64,000 nucleotides of DNA from Paramoeba atlantica (taxonomy: Eukaryota; Protista; Discosea), in NCBI GenBank assembly GCA_977017575.1, contig CDRNVI010000091.1:1-64000 (forward strand), given 5' to 3'. Within the stretch, counting starts at the first letter, position 1. Every line of letters begins with the position of its first letter. The position numbers and the translations under genes were made by a program. The notes beneath the pieces are model-generated. The model was not told where the DNA came from and did not search any database. It was given only the letters and a program-made list of their open reading frames with translations. Below, one piece after another: positions 10,683-20,941 of the stretch.

Positions 10683-11501
10683 CCCTTCCTTTCTTTTCCC
10701 GGAAACGGGCATATTCTTACTTTTAAATGCCCGTTTCCGGCTGAAGGCTAGCTGGAACTGTCCCTCTTTGTCGCGGAAGTAGGGGACGCACTTCGCACTC
10801 TTCACCCCTCCCCGGCTCGCTCTCTTCGAGTGAGCTTTCTTCCCTCCCCGGCTCTCTCCTTCTCGTGCTTTCTTCTCCCGGGAGCTATGCGCCATGGTGG
10901 CCTCCCTTGAGGACCACTGGGCGTGCTACAGCGGGAGGACACGTTGTATGCGTGTATAGGGGATGCGAACTTGCACCCCTCTCTCCCTACATGCTGTAGC
11001 GAGTGCGGCGGTAAAGGACCTCCCCATGATGCATCATGATCCACGATAGACCATCTGACAGCATGAACCCACGGCTTGACCGTGTTGCAGCATGAACCAT
11101 GGCTATACGTGCTGTAGCATGACCGATGGGCGACTCGTCTCCTACCTCGCACTCCACTCTCTGTGTGACACCCGTCGTATGCGGGTCATGCGCTGATGGT
11201 ATCGGCCGTCACACAGAGAGACGTATCTCTGCGCCACGAGCGTATGATCACAACCTTTGTGTTTAAATAGATTTGAGGGACCAATAGACCCGGATTGTCA
11301 TACTCAGTGCACCACCCTTTTGTCATACTCAGTGCACCAAAGATACCCAAAAAATCAACCCTTCTGAAATGTCGACATTTTGTCATACTCAGTGCACCAA
11401 GAAAAAGCAATGGGCATGTCACCGCGTACGAACGTGTGTGCTACTGCTGCATAACACCTGAGAGTGTAAAAGTATAAAAAAGTGCACTTAAAAGTATAAA
11501 T

Positions 11502-11647
11502 GTGTTAATTTGAATAATATAGTGTTAAATTGAATAATATAGTGTTAATTTGGATAATATAGTGTAATTTGAATAATCTGAATAATATAGCGTTATTGAA
11601 TAATATACGGTCCAACTTATCCTTCTGCTCCAACTTATCCTTCTGCT
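11502..11647. repeat. 20-bp (GTGTTAATTTGAATAATATA) and 18-bp (TCCAACTTATCCTTCTGC x2) tandem repeats
   Basis: Directly visible tandem copies inside the IS30-like element. Confidence 0.85.
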
Positions 11648-11668
11648 TTCAACTTGTCTTTACCTACT

Positions 11669-12163
11669 TCAAAGCAGGAATAACTCTCGAAATTTCTGAG
11701 GAATCTCCCAGTTGAGACATTTTCGAGGTCGATTATTCAGCCTGTAGGGGCGCTTTCCTCTAAAGCGTAGAGCCTTGTGTACGCTACCGCCTGCATCCTT
11801 ATCCCTTCGGACGAAACGATAAATCGTGGAAGTAGGCGGGGAACCCTGTGAACCAACGATTAATGTATGGGCCACTTGTTCTGGGATATGAAATTTTTTG
11901 AGCCGAGCTTTAACTTTTGCTTCGACGGCTCCACGAATAATCTGAGGCCTCGTCCCTTTTTTACTCAGGCGATTTCGTGCGACACGATTCGCACGGCCAG
12001 CCAAGTAATACTTGCCCGTTTTCTTGCTTCGTACCAACTCTCGGCAAACAGTGCTGTGAGATTTTTTTATAGAACGGGCAATTTCTCTGCGTGTCGATCC
12101 GCTCTCATGCATCGTCTGAATGTCTTGCCTCTCCTGAAGAGTTAATCTTCGATATTTAGGCAT
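11669..12163 (-). pseudogene. IS30-family transposase, N-terminal HTH part only
   Basis: YRRLTLQERQDI...REIARSIKKSHSTVCRELVR...PEQVA...TIYRFVRRDK.AGG.VHKALR matches the IS30 N-terminus; the DDE core is missing. Confidence 0.8.
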
Positions 12164-12744
12164 ATAAAGTGCGAGTTTCGATTAGAAAGAAAAGCTACTA
12201 ATTATGATAAAATATGTACCTCTTGGTGCACTGAGTATGACAATCCTATAAATTGTGGTGCACTGAGTATGACAATTTGGTGCACTGACATTGACAATCC
12301 ACCAGATGTTACAAAGCTTCCCTCGGGGTTGAAGTACCTTAATCTTCATGCCAATCGACTCACGGGAGTTGTGGATCTGTGTCATCTCCCAGGAAATTCA
12401 AGAGGATTTGAAATATCGTTGCACAACAATGATTTTACAGCATATTTAAGCAAACAAAAATATGCTCCTACGGCGTGGATTGAACGCGATGTGCCGCGAA
12501 TGTCCAAACGTGAATATGAAAAAAGCTTAAAAACGTAGATTCTGGGCGTCCTGTTTCTCCATGTATTTTTTCGTGCTTTAGTTAGATGCGCAGTCTTTTC
12601 TCTTCTGTGCTTCCTCCCTAGCCAATGTCGGAAACATTCCATAGCGAAGCTGTTTTTTTATGTGTGTTGAAATCGTGTAAAACCCTTGCAAATACATTTT
12701 TACAAAATCTTTTTTCTATATTTTTACCCTCTTCTTACGTAAAA

Positions 12745-13677
12745 ATGAAATCGCTACACCCCTACTTCACTCGCGCCATCATTCCCCCACCCCACCCTGG
12801 CCTCCTCTTTCTCCAAACCCCCAAAACCAAATCTCTCCCTTCCCAAAACCCTTCCCCCATCCGTTTCTTCTCCACCTCTACCCCCTCCCCACCTTTCCCT
12901 CCCCCCTCCCCCCTCCACCCCTCTCCTTTTCTCCGGTCCCCTCCCCCACCCGCTCGTCCATTCTCCTTTCCACCCTCCCCAGCGTTATCCCGCAGCACCC
13001 GGGGACTACCCTCTTCCCGACCCCCCTCTTTCTTATCCCCCCCCTCTTTTTTATCTCCCCCCTCTTTTTTATCCCCCCCCTCTTTCTTATCCCCCCCTCT
13101 CCTCCACACCCCCGCGCGTGCGCTCATCACCGAGGCCTACGGCCGCATCACCGACGAGGACCGCCGCTGGTGGAAGCTCCACCTCGAGGCCCACCCCGAC
13201 GTCACGCTCGGCACCTTCACCGCCTTCCTCGACAGCTGCTCCGTGCACACCCAGAAGCGTCTCCTCGAGCGCGACCTCTGGACCATCGAGCAGGTCTCCC
13301 AGCTGACGGAGGACGAGGTGGAGGAGCTGCGCTACAAGGAGGGCTGCGGGGCCATGGAGGTGGTGTGGGAACACGCCCGCGCGATCGCCCCCGAGCTGCG
13401 GAAACGGGAGCACGGCGTGGGGCGCGGGGATGAGGAGCTGCAGGAGAGGCTGTTTGCGCTGAGGAAGAAACGGGAGCTGGAGAGGAGGAAGCAGGAGATT
13501 TTGCAAGGCAGGGCGAGGGAGGTGGAGGAGAGGGAAAGCCGGCTGACCGCGATGAGGGAGGAGATTGAGAAGAGAAAGGAGGCGATGCGGAGGAAGCAAA
13601 GGGAGAGGGAGGCGTTGCTGCGAGAGGAGGCGGGGAGAAGCCGTGCGTCGGCACGGACATCAGATGATGGTATATAG
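12745..13677 (+). CDS. hypothetical protein, possibly mitochondrial, with C-terminal coiled coil
   Basis: Presequence-like N-terminus (IRFFSTS), PPSFLS x4 encoded by 18-bp repeats at 13021-13092, globular middle, E/R-rich tail. ATG 12745. Confidence 0.7.
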   Translation: MKSLHPYFTRAIIPPPHPGLLFLQTPKTKSLPSQNPSPIRFFSTSTPSPPFPPPSPLHPSPFLRSPPPPARPFSFPPSPALSRSTRGLPSSRPPSFLSPPSFLSPPSFLSPPSFLSPPLLHTPARALITEAYGRITDEDRRWWKLHLEAHPDVTLGTFTAFLDSCSVHTQKRLLERDLWTIEQVSQLTEDEVEELRYKEGCGAMEVVWEHARAIAPELRKREHGVGRGDEELQERLFALRKKRELERRKQEILQGRAREVEERESRLTAMREEIEKRKEAMRRKQREREALLREEAGRSRASARTSDDGI

Positions 13678-13847
13678 AGGTAGCCATACGTAATTTTTAG
13701 GCAAACATCACGTATTTCTATGTGTTTCTATTTTGTGAATAGTGCATTTCTACGCATAAAATTCTTTTGTTTTAAATGAAAGTAGAAAAAAGATTACAAA
13801 ATGTCTAAGATCGATCGTTTTCTAATACAATTTGTGATCAAGTCACT

Positions 13848-14426
13848 ATGGACGACCAAGTAACGTACGCGGCGCATAAATCCACGCATCTTTCTCTTCC
13901 TCAGGAGTATGACCTCGCGCGCTTTATTTCGGGGATTACGAATCCACACCCGTCCTGGAACACCAGTGTCCCTGCCTGTAAGTGGTTTGGCATCAGCTGC
14001 TCGGACTCACTCAATGAAGTCACGGAAATAAACTGGAATGCACTGCCCATTCATGGAACTCTGCAATGGCATTATCTACCCCGAACCTCGCTACTTGTTA
14101 GCGTATTTAAAAATAGTCTTCGGGGCTCTCTTGATCTTTCTGACTTGCCAACACAATTGACATCCTTGCGTTGCTCACGCAACAAATTTTCAAGTTCCAT
14201 TGATCTTAGCTCTCTTCCCCTTTCTATGCTTCGATTAATCGTGTCCTCCAACGATCTTAAAGGATACGTGGAGATAGCTACACTGCCACCTTCCCTGGAG
14301 TGGCTCTTCTTAAGAGATAATCCAAACCTAAGCGGAATCATTGATTGCTCAAAGTTTCCTCCCAGTCTTGTTCGTTTTAATTGGTCAGAAACAAAAATTA
14401 GGGAAGCGAGCATCTTGGTAACATGA
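13848..14426 (+). CDS. leucine-rich repeat protein (short)
   Basis: SLPQEYDL, PACKWFGISC cap, four LRRs. Confidence 0.8.
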   Translation: MDDQVTYAAHKSTHLSLPQEYDLARFISGITNPHPSWNTSVPACKWFGISCSDSLNEVTEINWNALPIHGTLQWHYLPRTSLLVSVFKNSLRGSLDLSDLPTQLTSLRCSRNKFSSSIDLSSLPLSMLRLIVSSNDLKGYVEIATLPPSLEWLFLRDNPNLSGIIDCSKFPPSLVRFNWSETKIREASILVT

Positions 14427-14562
14427 AGTTATTCAATGTTTGCATTAAAAAAACCATATCGTTAACATGATTGCTTGTACATTTTTCTCATACTACAGGC
14501 GGAAAACTTACCGTCGAAGTTTTTATTAACGGGACAAAATTCATTAAAATAAATTAAAAGTA

Positions 14563-17550
14563 AAGGGGGGCTCGTTTATTGTTAACATTCGTTTATTGTT
14601 AACAATGAATTAATTCATTTATTGTTAACATTCGATTATTGTTAACATTCGATTATTGTTAACATTCGATTATTGTTAGCAATGAATTAATTTCGGTTTT
14701 TTCGTGTGGCTTTCGAATTTTTTTGTTCCTTATGGTCATGTTTTATATCGTTCATGATAAGGAAAATGATACGCTTAACGATATGCGAAACAATGCTATT
14801 GAAACAACAGACTTTCAGTCGCCCGACGATCGCAGCCTCCAGAGATAAAACGTTGAGAAGTCAAGTAAACTGTACCTCACCCGACATCGCACTTCGAATC
14901 CCATAACTCAGTTTTGGATAAAACTGTATGGCAATTGAAAACTGCGTAGTTCCCTAAAGAGGTGTCATTGGAGAGTCGTTAGTAGCTCCGGCGATTACCA
15001 GTGACCTTCAGCAACCTCCAGAGAGTGCCCAAATACTTCTCATTGTTAACAATATTCGAACTTTCATTGCAACTCGTGTAATGTTGACATTGGAGGGTAA
15101 AAGTTCGATTATTGTTACAGTGTACACAATTATTAGTGTAACAATAATTAGTAAAACAAAAATTAGTAAATTTTTAATTAGTAAAACATTTTGCAAAATT
15201 CAGGTTTTACACCTTACATTTTTTTTTTTTCGGAATTCTATTTTTTTTTACGAAAAGTTTTCAGATTACTATGTCGCACGACATCGGAGAAATGATATTG
15301 CTCAGCAATCTGATAAGTGCTTCGTCTAGCAACACGCCCTCCGGAACTTCCTTAACAGATGAGCAAAAGAATTGGTTATTCGAACACACTCGTGGTGTTT
15401 TTCGGGGCGAAGATGTTCGACGAAAGTTTGAGCTGAAATTTCATCGAAGTCTCAGTTCAGCCGCTATCACCAAGTACAAGCGCATTGCGCGTTTGGATGA
15501 CGTTGGTTCTAGTGGTCGAAAGAGTCTTCTCACGGAAGACGAAGAAGCTCAGTTGTTAAAAGCTTTTTTGCTGATTCGACGAACTGGCGTTGCCGTCGAC
15601 GCAGCTCGCGTAGCCAACATTGCGAAAGGTATCAGAGAACAGCGACAGACGGGATCTACAGTGCTGAACGGTGGCACGTTGAAGTTTTCGATTTCTTGGG
15701 CAAATTCTTGGATGCACCGCAATGGCATTAAGGTGCGACGGGCAACTACAACTCGAACTGTGACACCTATTGAAGTTGCACAGGCAGCTAATGTATTTTT
15801 TTCTCATCTACGTGGCCTAAAATCTTTCGGTGTTCGAAAAGAGCTTGTTTTTAACGCGGACGAGTTTTTCGTTGGTCTTTCTCCAGAAGGCTCAAACATG
15901 AAGTGGACTTGGGAGCGAATTGACGTCGGAGAAAGTAGAAGTGTTGCAATCCAGAATCGCAAAGGGGGTTTCACTTGTACGGTGCTAACGAATGCTGCTG
16001 GTGATTTGAATCTTCTACAATTCATTTTTCAGGGTACCTCCCGCATGTTTGTCGACATTGAACACAACGATCGAGTTCTACAGTGCGCTCGGACAGGATC
16101 TCACTTTCAGGATTCAAGCACTTGGGCCGAATTTCTCGAAAGATTTCTTGATATTGTTGATGTGGAGAGGAGCAAACTTTCAGACGTTAACACTCCCGCT
16201 CTCCTTATCATAGATGGTGCAACACAACACAAAGACTCTGCCCCGGCGCTTTCCTCCAAAAACTGCAAGTGTGTAGAAATTCCGCCTAAAATGACTCACG
16301 TTTTTCAGCCGGCGGATCAGTTTGTGATATCTGGGTTGAAAGTCAAGGCTCGAGCACTTTTCAATGATTATGTTGCTCGCATTTTTGCCCGTCAAAATGT
16401 CGAAGATGCCGTCCATGAAATGGTTATGTCTTCCGCTTCACATCTCCGAACGCAAAAAGTCACGCTAATTACCAAAGCTATGCGAGAAATTACTCGTGCT
16501 CAAGTCATTGCTTCTTGGAAAGTTAGGGGTATAACTGCCGCTCTTTTTGATGAAACTGAGATGTGTACTCCGACACGAGCCGACGCGTACGCATCCTTGC
16601 TCACCGACAGCGAACGTGAAACAGTCAGCAGACATGGAGATGAGCTACAAGAAATGCACGTAAATGTTAACGTTGATGAAATCGAACCCCCCGAAGACCA
16701 AGATATTCGACAGGAAAATATTCAGCATATTGTCTCTCTTCAACGCAAGAAACGAGGTCGTCCTCCCAACCCCAGTCTTTCAGAACGGCTTGAGTCAAAT
16801 AGAATTGAGAAGGAAAAAAAGAATCAAGCTCGTGAGGAAGGATACAAACTGAAAGAACAGACAAAAGGCATGAGTCGAGCTCAGAAGAAGTTATTTATTT
16901 CTCAAAAGAAGTGTGCAAAACTAGATCTATGGGGTTTCGGGAAGACTTCTTCTGAAATTGAGACATCCGCCAGTGCAGAAAATACATTTTTCTCTGAAGC
17001 TACGTCTATATGCACGCCTATTCGTTCAACTCCTCGAAAGGTCCAGTCAGATAAATACAAATGCATGCACAATAATCACATTGACTATAGCAGCGATTAT
17101 GAAGACAGTTCGGAATTTGAAGGGGAAAGTGAAACGGAAAGCGAGCAAGATTTCTGTGAGCAATATTTCTATGAGCAAGATTTTTATTAATATTATTTTT
17201 TCTGGGTGTTTTTTACTCTGTGCTACAGACACATATTACTTTCCCCGCTCCTGATTTTTTTCTGAATCTCTGACTTTCTTGTTCGTTGTATTCCTATTTT
17301 TAAAAAACTTTCTTCGCTCCTCGAACGCGAAACATCGCTCTCTTGTATTTAAGACATTTTATCAAGTTGGCAAATTTTTTGGGGGCAGCGCAAAAATTAG
17401 TAAAACAAAAATTAGTGAATTTTTAATTAGTAAAACTTTTTTATTATTTTACAATAAAAGTTTTACTAATTTTTGCGAGCACTGTAACATGCGATTATTG
17501 TTAGCAAAAAATGCTCGAAAAATTTGATAACAATAAACGATCCCCCCCTT
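14563..17550 (+). mobile_element. pogo/Fot1-like DNA transposon (~3.0 kb)
   Basis: TIRs AAGGGGGG(G)(C/A)TCGTTTATTGTTA, TA at 14561-62 and 17551-52, subterminal 17-bp repeats at 14575-14690, one long ORF. Confidence 0.85.
15271..17190 (+). CDS. pogo-family transposase (CENP-B-type HTH plus DDE_1 domain), uninterrupted
   Basis: EEEAQLL...FSISWANSWMHRNGI HTH; VFNADE, LLIIDG, IPPKMTHVFQPAD catalytic motifs; acidic tail. Confidence 0.88.
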   Translation: MSHDIGEMILLSNLISASSSNTPSGTSLTDEQKNWLFEHTRGVFRGEDVRRKFELKFHRSLSSAAITKYKRIARLDDVGSSGRKSLLTEDEEAQLLKAFLLIRRTGVAVDAARVANIAKGIREQRQTGSTVLNGGTLKFSISWANSWMHRNGIKVRRATTTRTVTPIEVAQAANVFFSHLRGLKSFGVRKELVFNADEFFVGLSPEGSNMKWTWERIDVGESRSVAIQNRKGGFTCTVLTNAAGDLNLLQFIFQGTSRMFVDIEHNDRVLQCARTGSHFQDSSTWAEFLERFLDIVDVERSKLSDVNTPALLIIDGATQHKDSAPALSSKNCKCVEIPPKMTHVFQPADQFVISGLKVKARALFNDYVARIFARQNVEDAVHEMVMSSASHLRTQKVTLITKAMREITRAQVIASWKVRGITAALFDETEMCTPTRADAYASLLTDSERETVSRHGDELQEMHVNVNVDEIEPPEDQDIRQENIQHIVSLQRKKRGRPPNPSLSERLESNRIEKEKKNQAREEGYKLKEQTKGMSRAQKKLFISQKKCAKLDLWGFGKTSSEIETSASAENTFFSEATSICTPIRSTPRKVQSDKYKCMHNNHIDYSSDYEDSSEFEGESETESEQDFCEQYFYEQDFY

Positions 17551-17658
17551 TACGTATGACAAGTCGAAAAAAACAAAATATTTTTGCGAGCAACGGCGGT
17601 TGATCTTGTTAAATCTTCCTGGATTCTGCGCCCAATATTTTTTAAATGGTCTTGTAAA

Positions 17659-18564
17659 ATGATCCTGTTCCTATTTTTTTTATCCTGTGCGGATACGGAT
17701 ACTTCTGTCGTCCGCAGAGGAAAGGTACGCGGATCTGTTTTGCCCGTTCATATGTATCTTTCCAAATTTGCTTCTGTGTCGAATCCACACGCCACATGGG
17801 CTACTTACGAGAACGTCTGTACCTGGTTTGGAGTCAAATGCAATGCACACGAAAAAGCCATTTCGATAGACTGGTCTCACAAAGGACTCCGTGGCAACAT
17901 TTCTTGGGAATACACACCGGAAACCCTGCAAGCTCTAATTCTTACCTCAAATGTATTGAAAGGAAATATCCAGAGTAGATACTTGGGTCCCGAGTTAAAG
18001 AATCTACACGTTTCCAGGAATCTTTTTAGTGGTCCGATGGAATACGATGCTCTCCCTTTATCCCTCAAGTGTATAGCCATAAGTCACAATCCTATCGGAG
18101 GAGAGTCTAGTTTTTCAGCACTACCTCAAGGATTGAAAAGTTTGCTGGCAGCGAATATTGGTATACGTGGCCGTCTGGCTGTATCTTCTCTACCTCGCAC
18201 CCTAGAGTACGTAAATTTGTTTGAAAATAAATTATCCGGTTCACTTGATCTTTCAGAACTTCCCGTGACTCTTCTTGAGTTCATTGTTGGAAGGAACCAC
18301 TGTTCTGGTGTTGTTCATCTTGATCGGCTTCCTTCCGGACTTCGGCAACTTAATCTTTCTGAAAATGAATTTTATGGAGATCTTGATTTGCGAAATTTGC
18401 CAAAACAAATGATTTTTATTCGACTCAATGGAAATATGTTCTCGGGCAAACCATACTTTGGTTCTTTACCTCCAGGGTTAGCAGCTCTACATATTAGCGT
18501 GAGTCCGGACCTCGAGCTGCCGCTCGCTGGAAACCATCCTGCCTCAGTACATATACACGTATAA
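17659..18564 (+). CDS. leucine-rich repeat protein
   Basis: MILFLFFLSCAD signal-like start, GKVRGSVLP, VCTWFGVKC cap, ~8 LRRs. ATG 17659. Confidence 0.87.
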   Translation: MILFLFFLSCADTDTSVVRRGKVRGSVLPVHMYLSKFASVSNPHATWATYENVCTWFGVKCNAHEKAISIDWSHKGLRGNISWEYTPETLQALILTSNVLKGNIQSRYLGPELKNLHVSRNLFSGPMEYDALPLSLKCIAISHNPIGGESSFSALPQGLKSLLAANIGIRGRLAVSSLPRTLEYVNLFENKLSGSLDLSELPVTLLEFIVGRNHCSGVVHLDRLPSGLRQLNLSENEFYGDLDLRNLPKQMIFIRLNGNMFSGKPYFGSLPPGLAALHISVSPDLELPLAGNHPASVHIHV

Positions 18565-19080
18565 AAAACGATAATTTTCCCCTAAAAAAAATAGCTAGCT
18601 GGCCACCTCGTGGGAAAGTGACCAGGTGGCCATTTTTTTATGCTGTTCCGATTGATCTGATACGAAATACAAACTGTGTTTTTGGTAGCCAGCTAACCAT
18701 TTTTTCTGGAGGTGGCCGGCTAGCCAATTATTTCAGAATGTGGCCAGCTGGCCATAAAAAGGTGTACTTTTTTTCGTTCATTCGTTATTCCCCCGGTCAC
18801 TGGAACGCGTTTTGATAAAAACAATGGATCTGGAACTTAGTTATACTAGTTACATAGTAAGTTATACTAAGAGCTGAAAAATATTCCTCAAACTCTTAAA
18901 CAGTTGTGGTTTGTAAATTCGGGGAACAGAATCAATCATTTATTATCAATCATTTAGAGGGCTGAAATCACCTGGGTTTGCCTAGGTTTGCCTGGGTTTG
19001 CTAATTTTCTATATTGTAGTGGTTTCAAAATGTCTTCCCCCCTGCGGAAATTTTTCGCCTTGTTTATGTAACCCGGGGTG

Positions 19081-19207
19081 CGGATTAATATTTAAATGCG
19101 GATTAATATTTAAATTCGCTTTAATCTTTAAATTGCAAGTTAATATTTAAATTTTATTTAAATATTAACCTGTTTGCACATTAATATTTAAATGCAGATT
19201 AATATTT
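19081..19207. repeat. AT-rich 18-bp tandem repeats (CGGATTAATATTTAAATG-like)
   Basis: Several degenerate copies just outside the Merlin end. Confidence 0.6.
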
Positions 19208-19232
19208 AACCCCCTCTTATACGCAATTTTTT

Positions 19233-20457
19233 GGCTAAACTGAAGCAAAATTCGTTTTTTTCGTTTTTTTCATAAATCCGTTCAAAAATTGCTCAAAAAA
19301 TGTTGAAATATTTAAACTCACAACTTTAGACTTAAAAAGCGGACACTATACGTATACGCAAGCGCAGTGCTCTTTTAAATTTTCAAGCACGCGCAACAAA
19401 GCATCCCCCCCATTACACTTCAAACTTCCGCTTCCCTGCTCTGCGTAGGCCTGCACCCGATCTTCTCTCCGGGCGGCTTTCCGGCCCAACACACCACCTT
19501 CACGCTTTGAACGCTTCTTGACGATTGAGTTCGCACATTCCACAGTGTTTGTGTGCACACCTTCCTCTGTGACCGACTGTCGACGGTGGTTGACGCTTTC
19601 CCACTTGTAGTACTGCCCGAGACGAACATTGTGACGAGCGCCGTCTGTTCAAATTCTGGTACGTTCTCCTGCGGCTAGTTCTGTAATTCCGGGGACAAGA
19701 GAACCAGCAGTGCGATCTGGTACTACTTGCATTAAAATTTCGGATAACTTGTTGTTTCGAGTCGTCACCGCAACCGTTTGGGCTACTTGCGTACCTTCTG
19801 CGCGCACGCGCCTCGAACCGTGACTACCTCGGTGACGTTTCCGAACCGAGAAAAAAGTTTCATCACCCTGCATCGAGTGGACGCTCCCTCTTTGTCGGGC
19901 GCGTCGACGCAAATGACAAGTTGCCATGATGGAATCAATCCACTGACGTAGTGATATAATTGTTTTCTCACTGAGCTCCGTCTCTGCAACAGACACCTCA
20001 TGTTTATTCCCCCGAACGTAAAGTACAATGTACTTCAGTGTTTGTTTAGCGCTTCGCTGCGCCCTGCCCGGCAACAGTGGACCCGTCTTCTCATATATCC
20101 CTTTGCAAGACTTCGTGCACTTCCATTTTTCACCATTCATTTCCATAGTGTGGTCACTCGTGTGATTTCGCTTGCAACATATGACCTTTTGTGCCACTAA
20201 CTTATGATCTTGTAGCCACTCCACACACTGCTTTTCAGTCCAAGTTGCAATCTTACTTATTGTCAGCTTTCGCCGACAAGAAAACCCAACACACCCCGTG
20301 CAAGGCATGGAAAGATAGACCAAGTAACTGGAAATGGCGAAAAGAATAGCGAAAAACTCAAGAAAATATGAATACGATCTCTGGAGAAGTATTTTCTACA
20401 ATCAGAGAATTTGATAGACAAAAGCTGAAAAAAACCGAATTTTGCTTCAGTTTCACC
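19233..20457 (-). mobile_element. Merlin (IS1595-related) DNA transposon, 1225 bp
   Basis: TIRs GG(C/T)(T/G)AAACTGAAGCAAAATTCG and a perfect 8-bp TSD AATTTTTT (19225-32 and 20458-65). Confidence 0.92.
19346..20308 (-). pseudogene. Merlin/IS1595-type transposase with one in-frame TGA
   Basis: GDETFF..RKRHRG, VVPDRTAGSL, RI*TDG, SVNH, GVHTNTVE are all in one frame. The stop is at 19649-51. Confidence 0.88.
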
Positions 20458-20941
20458 AATTTTTTCCACGCTTGTGCACTTCCGAGCCTCGTTCCGAGTC
20501 ACTTTTTTATTAAACGGGTTCTAAAAACTGCGTACTGTACTCGACTTTTTGATGCAATACGGAGATTAGTATACGGAGTAGTGAAAAAGACCTGTACTTT
20601 CAAAGTAACCTTAGTAGGCGATTTAGTACGCACCGTGTCTCCCTCAATAAAAGATCATAGTTACAGTGTATGTCGAATACCTCATGCAGAGGTATTGCGC
20701 TAATCTCAGGGGAATGCGCTAAAAAACGTTAATAACACAATAACAAACTTCTTTTTTTAATCCATTCTCATTTTCAACGCTCTTTTTGAGTTGAACGTTG
20801 ACACAATAATTTGTCATTCTTGAGATGGTCATTCTTATTTTCGTGACTCTCAGATGGGTGACGACAACTGTTCATCAAGGAAAGAGTATCAATTATCACG
20901 TCGTCCTCTAGCATCATATTTTACCATATCTCCTATTTTTC

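Larger units (their letters stand above)
11292..12300 (-). mobile_element. IS30-like element, internally deleted, with repeated-motif inverted ends
   Basis: Three TTGTCATACTCAGTGCACC motifs at the left end and 2-3 inverted copies at the right; outermost GGATTGTCA...TGACAATCC. Contains an IS30-like ORF and internal 20-bp and 18-bp tandem repeats. Confidence 0.7.
10113..12538 (+). pseudogene. LRR pseudogene split by two insertions and a frameshift
   Basis: Signal-like N-terminus, frameshift near 10305 (APVCSWEGFVC cap). Joining 10656 to 11257 gives LVNLD-LCLNRFEGPID in register; the gene resumes at ~12302 with PDVTKLPSGLKYLNLHANRLTG. Confidence 0.8.

Noticed and set aside
10683-10780. ingi/L1Tc-type 5' signature or HDV-like ribozyme after the SL
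   Set aside because: Only the initial CCCT is similar; I could not build the fold or align it by eye.
10657-10800. SL RNA gene
   Set aside because: The 5' part of the exon is missing, there is no GT donor or recognisable Sm site, and it is not in a tandem array.
11669-12163. Bacterial contamination or a prokaryotic window
   Set aside because: Both IS30-like pieces are flanked by eukaryote-type LRR or repeat sequence, and neighbouring genes (UTP14, KLHDC4-like, PEX19-like) are eukaryotic.
18595-18760. Cluster of TGGCCAGCTGGCCA-like palindromic words as a MITE or as Merlin ends
   Set aside because: The Merlin ends are defined elsewhere by TIR and TSD, and no consistent termini or TSD were found here.
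19649-19651. TGA read as Trp (alternative genetic code)
   Set aside because: Host genes use TGG for Trp and end on TGA, TAA or TAG normally; this is a simple nonsense mutation in a TE.
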